A DNA stretch of 56,567 bases from Gnetum montanum (GCA_015680685.1 MNCI01001334.1:349914-406480); one strand, 5' to 3'; positions 26,805-39,129 are shown, numbered from the stretch's first letter. Made by a program: numbers and translations. Notes: a model not told the origin generated them from the letters alone.

Positions 26805-28289
26805 GTATGATGGCGTTGTTTCATTAATAGCATGTCTCGTGTTGCAGACTCTTCTCTAATTAATGAGCTTTCTTAATAATCCATCTATAGTGATTAAAAT
26901 GGAGATTTTAATTTTAAGGTAAATGGTTTTTCAGGATTTATTTTAGTTTTTCTTAAACCATCTTGAGAATGATGTGGTGTTATTCTCTAAATCCATTTTG
27001 ATTCAAATGTCCATGCAAATAGTCTTGCTTTAGTCTCCATGATTTAAAATCAAAATGGATTCAAAGAATAACACCATGATATAACAAATTATTTGCATGA
27101 TCTGGAATCTTGCTTTAGTCTTCATGCAAATAGTCTTGCTTTAGTCTCCATGATATAATAAACCATCTTGAACATGATATAGTTATAGGCTTAATGAATT
27201 TTTTTTCTGACCTACACGTATATCTATATGAAACTGAAACCAAAACTAAAACTGAACATTTATTTTGTCCGAAGACCCATAGGATCTATTGGATAGATAT
27301 TACATTTTCACGAAAAATAAAGACAAACTCTACAAATTGACCAACCACCAATTGGGGCAACAAAAATAATTCATACAAGTCTTTTGTTGTAACATTATAA
27401 TGCTATCTCAAATGTTGTAACACTAAGCTAACACCTCATTGTATATATAAATGATCACTCAATTACAACTATCAGTAATAAATACTTGCACACTGAGGTA
27501 CAACAGTTGTACCATTGTCATTAATTACAACTATCAACTCATTGCATGTTTATTGCTTCTTTCCATCCCATGCCATTTAATGTTAGCCTATGCAGTTGAG
27601 TAAATATTTGCTTGGGGAAACTTGGTGATAAATTTAATGGGCATCAAACCACATTGTTATTCAAATTTAAACCTTCAGTTGTACATTTCAGTTAGTTTAG
27701 ATGATGGCATGTGACTTTTTAGTTAAGATGTGTGCTTTGCATCACCCAAGTTACAAGTTTGATTTCAGTGGGCTACCTTCTGAGATATTCGAGCAATATG
27801 TGAAAGAAAAGGGTTTGAAATTGAACCATTCCAAAAGGATATTGTGAATGATTCTGGGTCTGTCATGCAATGTGAACAAGCTTAAAGGCATGTGCAAGTT
27901 CTTCTGAAGGGTTAATTATATGGTTAGAAGTTATAGTTCAAGCTTGCATTACATAAGTTATAATTTGTATGGACTCTGAAGGGTTAATTAATGTGGATCC
28001 CAGAGAAACACACTCTCAAATAGGACCACCATTTATCTAAAATGAATGGAAAATCACTCAACCATAAAAATATTATCTTGTTCGATGCTTATTTTTGTGC
28101 TCTCTTAAAATATTATAAGAACTTATATTGTACTACCATAGTGTTATATTACAGTAGTCAATTTAAAATTTTTCAAAGAATGTTCATACTTTTATATAGG
28201 ATCAGAAATGTTATTTCTTATAAATAACAATTGTGATCAAATTTGAAAAATTGAAAAATGAAATTGTGAGTTTTGGTGGATTGACTAAG

Positions 28290-28950
28290 ATTTTTGAAAT
28301 GGGTGGAGGGAGCAAGGCATGGGACGAAGGCAGAGAGAATGAGGCAGGGAGTGTGAATGGGTGAGGGTCACATGGGGGAGGTTGAGACCATGGCGGACCC
28401 ATAGGGGGAGGATCTAGTGTAGTTGGTTCGAAGGGAAGCCCCACAGAGGATGGAGGTCCTATGGAGCTTGGGGGAGAAGGCCCTAGGGGATTTGGCTCAA
28501 GTTGGGAGTAGTTGGCTAGGGGGGGCCATTGAAAAGGCTTGGAACCTTGGTGATGGTGGCATTAAGTCCATCTCCTGGTTGGGAGGAATGCTAAGATTGC
28601 AGGTGAAGGGGTCGTTTCAAGATGGACTATGCACTATGGAGTTAAGCTCTATTGGGAAGTTTGTCTCTTCTAAGTCATGACCAAGGCTAGATCTAATTAA
28701 GTGTTGGGTTATTGCCTCGTGGGTCATGGGGGAGGTCTAGGTCCAATCACTCACTAAGGATATGCTACTATTCATTTTTCAAACTTTAGAGGAAAGAGAC
28801 TGAGTTTTGTTGGGGGTCTGTGGTTCTTTGGGGCCAGGGGCCAAGGGTGCATCGGGAGGCTTGGCTTTTCTCATGGATGCCCATTTGGGTTAGGGTCTTG
28901 CAGGTGCCTTGGGAGCTCTAGAACGAGGATTTCCTAAAGGCTCTAGTGGG
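28290..28950 (+). mobile_element. L1 ORF1 (DUF4283-like) 5' fragment
   Basis: PRLDLIKCWV..W...V*VQSLTKDMLLFIFQTLEERD*VL.G.WFFG, preceded by a G-rich leader. Confidence 0.65.
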
Positions 28951-31212
28951 CCACTTTGGGGAGTTTATCTACTTTGATAAGTTCATGAACAACTTCTTGA
29001 GTTTTTGCATTAATAATTGTAATAGTCTTTCTATGTGTTTGCATGCATGGTTTGTTGTGAGGTTGTGTATGTGCTTTGCTTGGACTATGGTGGAAGTGAT
29101 TGATTGGAATAGTAATAAATTTGTTGGCTTGATTTTTTATATGTATTAAGACTAAATGTTTAAATACTTTATTCATAAGAAATATGCTTTAAAATACATG
29201 CTAGGAATGTTTTAGAAAAATAATAAATATATGGGAAAACAAATTATTTTTTGTTCTATTTGAACAAAGATGTTGAGAAACAAAATAAAAACAAAGGGAG
29301 ATATGCTAAGGTGTACCTCAAGAGCTGAAACACATATGTTGAGATGTAAATGATTTAAAAAGGAAATGCAAAAGAATGCTCATTACTAAGGAACTTGACC
29401 TATGAATCAAGTTGGAGGAATCTGACCCATGAATCAAGGATATTGTGCGCAAATATCATAGCTTTTATTTTATTTTTTGTAAGCATATGAAATATTTCAT
29501 GTGATGCATTCTTCTTTTTAGTTTAAAATAGTAGAATATAAGTACCCTCTCCATGGTTATAGAAAGGTCACATGATGACCTTTTAAGCCTCAAAAGACGA
29601 TGGAAAAATTCACATCATTGATTACTTCAATAAAAAGGTGTCTTATTTGATTATGTATTCTAAACTTGCCCTTATCATGACTATATTTTGAAAACTCTTT
29701 CCTGCATCTTATGACAATCCTAAATGGTACAGAGATGGATATTATGCTTGAATGTTTTGTAATTATCAAGAGGAATTGAACCTAAGATTTAGCAAAATTT
29801 GAATTCTGAAATATCGAAAGCTATTGATTTAGGAATTGAACCTACAACCTGGGAATATACATATGTTATTGGATTTTGATAGTGATCATGGAAAGAATTG
29901 AATGCATGACTCATTGATGTGAGGGAAAACAAGAACTTTAAAAAGAAAAGAAAAGGAAACAAATAGTTTCAAAGAAAGAGTCAATTACAAGAAACAACCC
30001 ATTATCTTTTATTCCACAAACAAATAGGGAGAGAAGGAGAGGGAAGAGACACATGAGGCAAAAGTAGCTAAGCAGGACCAAGAAAAAAGGGATACAATAG
30101 CAAGGAGTGTGGCTAGGAAGGGAGAGAAGATTGTGGCTGGTATAGGAGATAGCATAAAGAAAGAAAACTAGTGTTGCATATCATTCCAACATTCTGATAA
30201 TTCCTCCTAGTAAGTAAGAAATCTGGGCAAGGAGGTAAAATGATCTATCTTTGTTCTATTTGATAATGACTAGCAAGGCTAATTTCCTCAACTTCTCTTC
30301 TTGCTTGCTTAATCACCTTCACAATGCTTGTATGAAATTATCAAGATTGTTGTTGTAAGCTTGGATTGTTGAATCCTTTATTGCTATTTTGGATCTCTCC
30401 ACCTGTCCTTTAAACTCTCACACCTAAATCACACGGATGAGTGTTTTTTTTTTTTAACAATTTACAAACACATAATGATTTGGGACATTTTTGGCAAAAG
30501 ATTGCCAATAAGGGCCAAGGATCCCTAATATGAGGATTGGTACTATTGGCAAAAAGTGAGAGTAGACTTGAGCCCATGGATAATTGTGAATGTTTTACAA
30601 TTGTTGAATTCTTGGGTTTTGGTTGAAATTTGGTTGATGAACCCTTCCCCTTTGAATGCATAAATCTTGGGTTTGAGTCTTGATTTATAATTTTTTTTCT
30701 ATATCTTTTTGTAAGTCTGATGAAGTGGGGGAAAACCTAGGATGTTAATTTATGGTTATGATTTATCTATTAAAACATATGAGTTGCTTGATTGATTATT
30801 AATGGTATGATGGTTACAAAAGTTAAATTCAGATGATCATGTTTTGCGAGTGTTGCTGGAAAATATATAATATTATATGCCATCGAACAAATCTAAGATT
30901 ATTGATTTATCTACCTTTTGTGGTCATTTCTTTGGTTTACAAATGTGTAGATGATTCTAATTAGATATTTCTTTTTAGGTTGAATAAAAAAAAGAGCTTG
31001 ATTTTTAAATTTGATGAATCTTGCACAGTTTTTTACTGTGGTAATTTCTTTTCAAAATTATTTCTTAATTCTTAAAATTAATATTGATTGACTTGTTGCA
31101 GAGCTAGATCTTGGGGCTACTGATTTTGCTTTAATTTTATATGTTAATGTCAGTTTTATTATTGTAAAAAGAAAGTCACTTATGCATTTTCTTCTTTCAA
31201 CTGATTTTTTTT

Positions 31213-34200
31213 GCGGCTTCGATTGCTAGCCCTTGCTGCCTATGAATGGGTGTTATAGAGGTTCTATGTTTGGAGGTCGTTGTCCTCTATCGAATTGTTG
31301 AAGGAGGTCATCCTAGAGCTACCATTTGGAGAAGAGAAGCTTGTGGAATATAAGAACGTCCCCTCCAATGATCCAATCTTGGTTTTTCTACATTGTGGAC
31401 CCCTGACAACATGTGAGACCTACAATAAGGGTAACCACACTACTAAAGATTATAAAGTACGTTCTAGAGATGTTGGGCTGAATAGATGACCAAATGTTGA
31501 GGGTTGGGTGTTGATGGAAAAAAAGGAACACCCTTCTTCTTTACCTTCTTCCCTATGGTGTTTGGGAGGGGGTGTGTGTGTGCGTGCGAAGGGGGNNNNN
31601 NNNNNNNNNNNNNNNNNNTGGGGGGTGGCAAGGGGGATGGGGGAAGATCTTATGTCTCAAGAAACAAATCAAGAATCTATGGACTACAAAGAAGTATTCT
31701 TTTAGAATAGCTTAGATGGTCCTCCAACAGAGAGTTTTGGACCTTTAGGCCCGACAGGAGAATGGTGAACCTTTGGAGAAGGAAGAGCATGACTTAATAG
31801 TTGAAATCCAACTATTGGATAGAGAAGAGGAGCAATACTAGAAAGAGAGATCTAGAGGCCTATGGCTTAGGGAGGGGGACAGGAATCCCTACTTCTTTTT
31901 TGCTACTGCAAAAGCCAATAATCAAGCCAAAAAGATCCACCACATTCTTTAGGGGAAAACCCTCTTGCATGATATGTAGAACATTCCTCAAGAGATACAG
32001 AAGCATTGGGCGAGGATTTGAACTAGGGGAGATTCCTCCCCTATCTCCATCCAAATTTAAAAATTTATTGGAAAGGGGGATAACAATAGACTAGTTGCCC
32101 TATAACCATGTTGGAACTCTTTGAGGCTATGGCTTTCCTCAAAGCTACTAGGACCCCAGGGCCTGATGGTTGGCCCATCGAGTTCTTCTAGGAATTCTTT
32201 GATATCCTTAATAACATCCTAGATGCCTTCAACCTTATGCTAAAGTAGGGACAAGTTCCCCACAAAATCAATTGCTAATTAATTGTGCTCATTTTGAAGA
32301 TCCCAAACCCCATGGTGCCCATGCACTATAGACTAACTGCAGTGTGTAATACATTACTCAGACTCTTCACCAAAATCCTTGTTCAATGACTACAACCATT
32401 GATGTTGTGTTTGGTTGGTGCTCATTAGGTTGGCTTTGTTAAAGGAAGATATATGCAAGACTAGATCTTGTTGCTTTAGGAAACCATGCACTCCATACAA
32501 AGAGGTTGGCTCCCTAGTATGTGTATCAAACTTGATATTGCAAAGGCCTATGATACCATTCAATGGGATGCTTTTTGAGACATTACGCTCATGAAGGGAT
32601 TTCACCCAAAAGTTTTGGTTCTCTGCATCAACCTGCAAGCCACAGGGGCCTAATCCGTTGATTTAAATGCTTGGCTTTGGGGGTTTTCCTCCCCAAAAAG
32701 GTGATCTTCTTTCCTCCTATTATTTTATCATCACCATGGATACCATGAAATTTTATTGTAGGGAGGAGAAGGTCAAAGGATAAAACATTAAAGGGTTTAC
32801 TTGCATTATGGAATATTATGCCAATGACACAATTCTTATGACCAGATGACACAATTCTTATGATCCACGTGGTTGTGCCATAGGCCCTGGCTATCAACAT
32901 GGCTATGGATAGGATGGTAAAAGAAATTGGCTTGAAGTTGAATAAGGAGAAATCAACAATACACTTCCTTCATATGGAAGGATCAGTTCAAAGGCAAGTT
33001 TGTCAAGAGCTTGGAATTTTGAAGTGTACCATTCAAGTCTCTTATCTAGGGATGCCCATGTTTGCCTAGGGTAGATTGGCGACCTTGACTCATTTGATTT
33101 AGTGGATCTAGTCCTGAGTAGGTTTGTAGACCATGTGTTTTCTAATAAGAAAAGGGAAAATGATCTTGGCCACATTTTTCCTCTTGGCTATTGCTAGATA
33201 TGTTGCCTCTATTGCTACACCACCAAATGGTGTCATCAACAAAATTGACCAAATTATACGAAACTTTATTTGGTGTGGAGGTAAGGGTTGAGAACCCTGC
33301 ACCTTGTCTACTAGGACAAGGACTCATTCATATGGCAGAACTTTTGCAATTATGCCCATAATATAACTTAATGGGGGATGATGGGGCCTAGCTATGCAAA
33401 CTTATAAAATTTAAATATCCAATGGAGCATGGCTATAGAAAATTAAATGTTTCGGTTGGCTTGTGTTGTAGGGCATGCTACTTGTTCGTGCCTACCTGAA
33501 GGCATGGGGAATAATAAATGAGGATAGTTGCCCCCTCTGCAATGTTGACATAGAAACTGTGCAACACCTATTTCTATAGTGTTCTTATGCTTCAGACGTC
33601 TGGCCTTCTGCTACCATTCTCCTATCTCTACAAGTGCATGGGGATTCGCATGCAACGGTGGTTCTATGGTGCATTTGGAAAATCAGGAACATAGATTTTT
33701 TAAACTAGGTTGCCCCCTTCATCATTGCAAATGGCTCTCTCAACTACTTGGTTGTGGAAGGAGGCTATTGCGGTGATGGGGGTGACAACGACATACAAGC
33801 TTGATGCAGACAGATTCTGCAATAATTAGGAATTGTGGGCTTTGATTGTGTAGATGTGGTGGGATGATCTACTACCGTTGGTGGAGAACCCCAACCTCGT
33901 TGATGCCAACTTCTACAAGTGGTGGAGGGGGGACTCCACCACTTTTTGTGAGGTGTGGATTAACCTCATGGATTTTTCTTTGGTAGGGTACCTAGGGGTG
34001 CATGCAACAGGGAAGATGGTGTTGCTGATTGGTTGGAGGTTGCAGAACATGGAGGGCTTCTTCCAGGGGCTGGTGCCGATTGGTAGTAGCTAGGTCCCTA
34101 GGTCAATGCTCTTGCTACTTTGGTAGGCAATCACAAAGCTTTTCAATAGATACTTCATCCAATTTGGGAATGTATGGAAGCTGCAAGAGGTCCATTTTGC

Positions 34201-35470
34201 GTTCTTGCGATGCATGTGTTTGGGTCAGCCTACCAATATCCCTAAATTCTTCTTAGCTTCCCTTCAACAGGAAAGGTAGGGGAAACACTTTGGTCTTATC
34301 TTGGCCCTTTGGTGGGTGGTGTAGCCAAGTGATCTAGGGCTTGTCTGGCCCTCAGTTTTTTCATGTCTATTTACGAACAATGTAGCCCTGTTGAGGAGGA
34401 TTTTTTCTCCTCGGACCTTGTGCTATGGAATGACATGACAGTGCTAGGCGAGAGGTCCACTTAACCTCCAGATTTTAGGAAGAAGATTCTCCTGGCTTAG
34501 AAGGTTGTGCACTAGGAGTTGCAAGCTAGTTTCCAAGAGGAGTTCGCAAAGGCAACAATTGAGTTTGAAGAGAGAATATGCAAAGAGGAGCAGGCTAAGT
34601 GGGAGGCCATGCTTCTCAAGTGGGACTAGCAAGACTAGGCTACGACAATGGAGGAAAGTCAGTGCAACAAAGAAGTAACTAAGGAAGAAAGAAGGCACCA
34701 TTTGGAACGAGTTGGAAGAACAGCTATGTGCGTAGATCTGAGAAGACCTACTCAGGGAGGAGTAGGAAAGGAAGTTGCAAGAGGAGGAACAACAATACAT
34801 TTGGACTTGCTTGAAGAATAGCAAGTTAAGAGTTGCCTGGACACTGACCATGAGTCTAATGGTTGCTGTTGGTTCCAGAATGGAAGATGCTCATATGTTG
34901 TACTAGGTATCAATGGAAATGTTGCTTGGACTGCTTTATGACACTACATTTGAATTACTTTCACTAAGCTTTTTCCTAACGAGACCAAAAGTCTAGTGCC
35001 TGAGGACAAATAGAAGAGTGAAGACAAGTACAAGGAATTCCAAGAACCAGCTATTTTTATGACCATTGAAAACTACAGGTCTATCCTAGAAGTGTTACAC
35101 TCCCAAAAAAAGGCTAGATGTGCATGTACTAGGTTGCTGCACTCCATCCGACAGGGTTTCATTGTCAATCTATTGTCAAGGGTGCTAGGTTGTCTATTTA
35201 GGGCCTTTCCCTTTTGGCCTTGGTTCTCCAGGGTTTTTTTGGGGTGGCTTTTGTTCTGCCCCAGTCCCATACACCCCGACATTAATTTTTTTTTTCTTGT
35301 TTTGCCCTTGGGGAGGGCTTCCTGAAAAACATTTTGCCTGGTTCTACTTGGTGGGTGTTTACACCCTAGGAATTTGGCTTGGGGGTGTACACTGCCCAAG
35401 GTAATTGTTCATAATCTGTTTGAATCTTAATACAACCTGACCTTTTCTTAAAATAAGAAAAAGAAAAGAG
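31213..35470 (+). mobile_element. L1-clade LINE: ORF1 zinc-knuckle remnant, RT, zf-RVT, extra 3' coding module, A-rich tail
   Basis: VEYKNVP..CETYNKGNH (ORF1); TPGPDGWPIEFF (~32155); KLDIAKAYD (~32530); YANDT (~32820); LKLNKEKS; CPLCNVDIETVQHLFL*C (~33530); A-rich end 35450-35483. Confidence 0.88.
31596..31618. other. Assembly gap (N run) between G-tracts
   Basis: 23 Ns flanked by ggggg and tggggggtgg. Confidence 0.95.
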
Positions 35471-35705
35471 AAAAGAAGAAAAAGCTATGGTAAAATCCTA
35501 GAAGTTTTTTTTAAAAAAAAATTGGTTATATTATTATAGCAAGCATGGTCATTGATTGTGGAATTTGTTCTTTAGAAATGCTAACTCTAGAGTATCAACC
35601 TACAAATATAAAACAAAGTTTTCTACTGTTATAAGTTTGTTTGAAATGAATTGCATTTTCCTAGAGAGAAAAGTAACTGTTCATATTATCTCTGTTTGAC
35701 TACAG

Positions 35706-35777
35706 ACCATGCAGGTTTGCAATTGTTGACTTGTCAAACTTCTATTTTGATGTTGCCAAAGATCGGTTGTATGTTGG
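35706..35777 (+). pseudogene. OVA2: IleRS exon (TMQ/FAIVDLSNFYFDVAKDRLYVG)
   Basis: ag/gt bounded; 2-nt deletion (CAGAGG to CAGG) near 35714. Confidence 0.88.
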
Positions 35778-37050
35778 GTACGTACAATAGTTACGAATAC
35801 TGTTAGCATCATCCTTTTTATAGAGCTTTTTCCAGGCAGTCTCTGTAAATTTCAGATTGGGTTGATTTATTGTTGTAAAGCATAAATTTCACTATTTTCG
35901 TTCTACACATGACAAAAGAGAGCAGCCATTTCATCTTAATGTTGTCAGAATGCCACTCTCTTTTGCTGCATCTCCAAATATCTCCAAATATCCTAAAACT
36001 ATGAATCTTTTCGTACTGTTTTCAGAGGCCAAATGCCTAAAGCACCTCTTTGAGAAAGCAGTCTTGGTATATGGTTTCAGTTGGAAAGAGCAGCTGTTAT
36101 ATTTTTTATGTTTAACTGTATGATGGTGAGAATCCCAAAGTTATTCATTTTTTATTATCTTAAAACATCACTATCGCTCAACCAAGATGAAAAAGAATCC
36201 AATACCAGCCTAGCATTTAAATAATGCATGCTGGCTAAAGAATTCAGCCATTTCAGCTAATTGCTGTTAACAATTGATCAGCCTTATAATTGTAGAAAAG
36301 ATTTCATCATTTCGGGGTCAAATTTTTCCATTAAGATTTAGCAATATATCTATAGCCACCCACTGGACCATACATTTCAACTGTGCCCTTCAGATCACAT
36401 TTACACTGAGACTCAAATTACTAAGTCATGCTACGTCAATATGGCTACCTAATACTATATTTCCTTTTTTCCCGATCGAATAAAGAAGCCGAGTCAAAAT
36501 TGATGAGATACAGGCCAAGAGAGTTTACCTTCTATTTTATAATATGCACTAACAATTTTCCATGTGCACCGAATTAACTGTAAAATATCATCATAAAAGG
36601 AATGACGAAATCCATCAGTTAGAATTGCATATCATACATTTAGATTTTGGTGCACTCAAATACCTGAGACATTGTCTAATAGAAGACCTTGCTAAAACAG
36701 AAAGTACATGAAATGCTTAGTTTTAGGAAGGCAAGGAAGTTTCCAAAGTCTTCTGAAGTTAGTATGCCATCACCTTTCAGAATCATGGTGATCAAAATTT
36801 ATTGCATCTAACAGCAATCCAAACTCCTAAGTATGCCATTGCCTTTCAGAATCATAGTGAACAAAATTTATTGCATCTAAAACTCCTGAGTTTAGCCAAA
36901 AAATATGCTTTGCAAGTACTATATGGAAGAACATGTTTCAGACACCTATGTGTATATGCCAAAGCGTTGAACATTCTGTTACTTCATTCCTTGTTATTTC
37001 CCCTAAATGCCTTACATTTTTATTTGTTTATACATCTCTACATCTAACAG

Positions 37051-37300
37051 GAGTAAGAATAGCCTTACAAGGAAGAGTTCTCAAACTGTTCTAGCAGAGA
37101 ATCTACTTTGCATTGTAAGGACCACAGCTCCTATTCTCCTTCACATGGCAGAGGATGCATGGCAGCACCTGCCATTTTCATACATTGGTCATGATGGCCG
37201 TGCGGCAGAATTTGTTTTTGAAGCTTGTTGGCCCAGAATAGATGGCAAATGGTTGTCATTGACAGAAAATGATGTTCAGTTATGGACAAAGATCCTTGAG
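37051..37300 (+). CDS. OVA2: IleRS anticodon-binding domain exon, undisrupted
   Basis: ag/gt bounded, open: TRKSSQTVL..APILLHMAEDAWQHLPF...LWTKILE. Confidence 0.75.
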
Positions 37301-37892
37301 GTCTCCTTCTCTCACATTTGTTCTTAAAATAATAGATTGGAATTTTGAATGACTTAAGTATTGAGCTTGCTGAGTTGATTGTTTGACACTGTAAAAGTCA
37401 TGATAAATAATTTGGATACTCTAAAACAATGAAGGAATAGTTCCATATGGCATGATGCTTTTTGACAAAGTTTGTAACATCATATACAGGCAGAGACTAA
37501 TTTGTGGACTAAACGTTGCCAAATTACAGCTTTCAAAAGTCGTGTAAATGAAACATCAAATATTAGTGAGAGATTTGCTTAGTTACATGCAACCGGTAGA
37601 TGGACATCATATGCCACCCACTCCAAACATACCGAATTATCTAATTGCCAGAACCGGGTGTATAGATGGTTCCATTTTAAAGACCCTAATTACAGTCACC
37701 AGATGCGGATTCATTCCTACTGTTGCATAGCATAGAACTGAATGAACATGACCAAACCCTTGATGAATAGTCAGTTAACGTGACCGTATTACTCTAGTTT
37801 CAGTGCCTCAATAATCAACTTCAGTCTTTACGAGTAGACAACTTGATTAGTTGAATGGGTATTACATTCTAACAAAGCATCCGTTGCTGCAG

Positions 37893-38072
37893 ATAAGGAC
37901 AGAGGTTAATAGAGTGTTGGAGATGGCTAGGACAGGAAAATTGATTGGAGCTAATTTGGATGCAAAGGTTTATTTATACTGTTCTGATGAACAACTTCAA
38001 GGACAATTGCAGGAAATGTCACAACCTGGAGACGATGCAGACAACTTGAAAAGGATCTTCATTACGTCACAG
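37893..38072 (+). CDS. OVA2: IleRS penultimate exon, undisrupted
   Basis: ag/gt bounded, 180 nt: IRTEVNRVLEMARTGKLIGANLDAKVYL...LKRIFITSQ. Confidence 0.78.
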
Positions 38073-38157
38073 GTTCTCTGTCATAGTATTACAAGTCTCG
38101 GGAGCTGTCTGGTAAGGATTTGACTGAACAGTTGCCAATGCTGCATCGTGAATGCAG

Positions 38158-38400
38158 GTTGAAATCGTACCTTCCATGGAGCACACACAAAGTATAAGCA
38201 CTTCCTATGCTGAAACCTATTCTACTCAAGGACTAGGCGATTTGTGGGTTGGAGTAACACGTGCAGAGGGGAGCAAGTGTGAGAGATGCTGGAATTTCTC
38301 AGAAGCTGTGGGTTCCTTTGCAGAGCACCCCACAATCTGTGAGCGATGTTGGAAAGTAATCACAACTGAAGCCACCCAAGAAGTTGCAGTGGCTGCATAG
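38158..38400 (+). CDS. OVA2: IleRS terminal exon with FPG/IleRS-type zinc finger, undisrupted
   Basis: tgcag acceptor; AEGSKCERCWNFS...HPTICERC; native TAG stop at 38398-38400. Confidence 0.8.
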   Translation, partial: VEIVPSMEHTQSISTSYAETYSTQGLGDLWVGVTRAEGSKCERCWNFSEAVGSFAEHPTICERCWKVITTEATQEVAVAA

Positions 38401-39129
38401 TTACAATATGGTCTGTACCTTGTCCTCTGCAATGTCTTGGCATCCCAAAAGCTACTCTGTTTTTATCGGGTTCGATGTCAGATTTTGGTTTTCTAATTTT
38501 TGGAAAAGTGCTTATAAAGCATAACTGAACTGAGACTTATTGCCTCAGTAAAGAATGGTTATAATATTTTATTGCCTCCTTCTTGCAGATACATACAAAG
38601 TTATTAATTAGCAGCAATTCTTTGTCTGCATTGTTCTTTAAAAGTAGCCCAATCTGATTCTGGAGTTCAAGCCTCCATATTTTGTAGCTCAGTCCATGCC
38701 ACATTTGCATTTTGTCAAGATATTAGTGTCTTGCTTGTCACGATATTAGTGCATTGATATGTTAGGGTTGTTAAAAATGTAAATGTAGCGAATTTAGATA
38801 ATTGTTCAAATTTCATACCTTGTATATCGAGCATCTATAGGCACCAATACTGTTGCAGATATATTTTTGGAATTAGCAAGAATCTTGATTTTTTTGTGTT
38901 TGAGAGCACTTGATGAAATATGCATGTTGAGAATGAGGACGATTACATAATAATACTGAGCGATGAGCACTAACCCTAGTATTTTAAATTTTTGATAACC
39001 TGATCTTTATCATATGCCCTTTTTGTTTAATGGTCATCCCTTGATTTAATGGTCTGAAACTCGTTAAAATCACTTAACAATCAATATTTGAAAGGTTACA
39101 CCCTTAGCAATATTTGAAAGGTTTCCAAA

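Larger units (their letters stand above)
3366..38400 (+). pseudogene. OVA2: Organellar (chloroplast/mitochondrial) isoleucyl-tRNA synthetase pseudogene, 17 exons in window, 5' part (HIGH motif) not found
   Basis: Spliced exons give collinear IleRS motifs: [29 protein letters not shown], (W)[70 protein letters not shown], remnant KMSKS, DLSNFYFDVAKDRLY and a C-terminal CERCW..CERC zinc finger. 6 stops, 6 frameshifts and 5 mutated splice sites. Confidence 0.93.

Noticed and set aside
3366-38400. Recent bacterial horizontal transfer or organellar insertion of ileS
   Set aside because: The gene has 16 spliceosomal-type introns and closely follows plant nuclear OVA2; its bacterial-type sequence is expected for an organellar synthetase.
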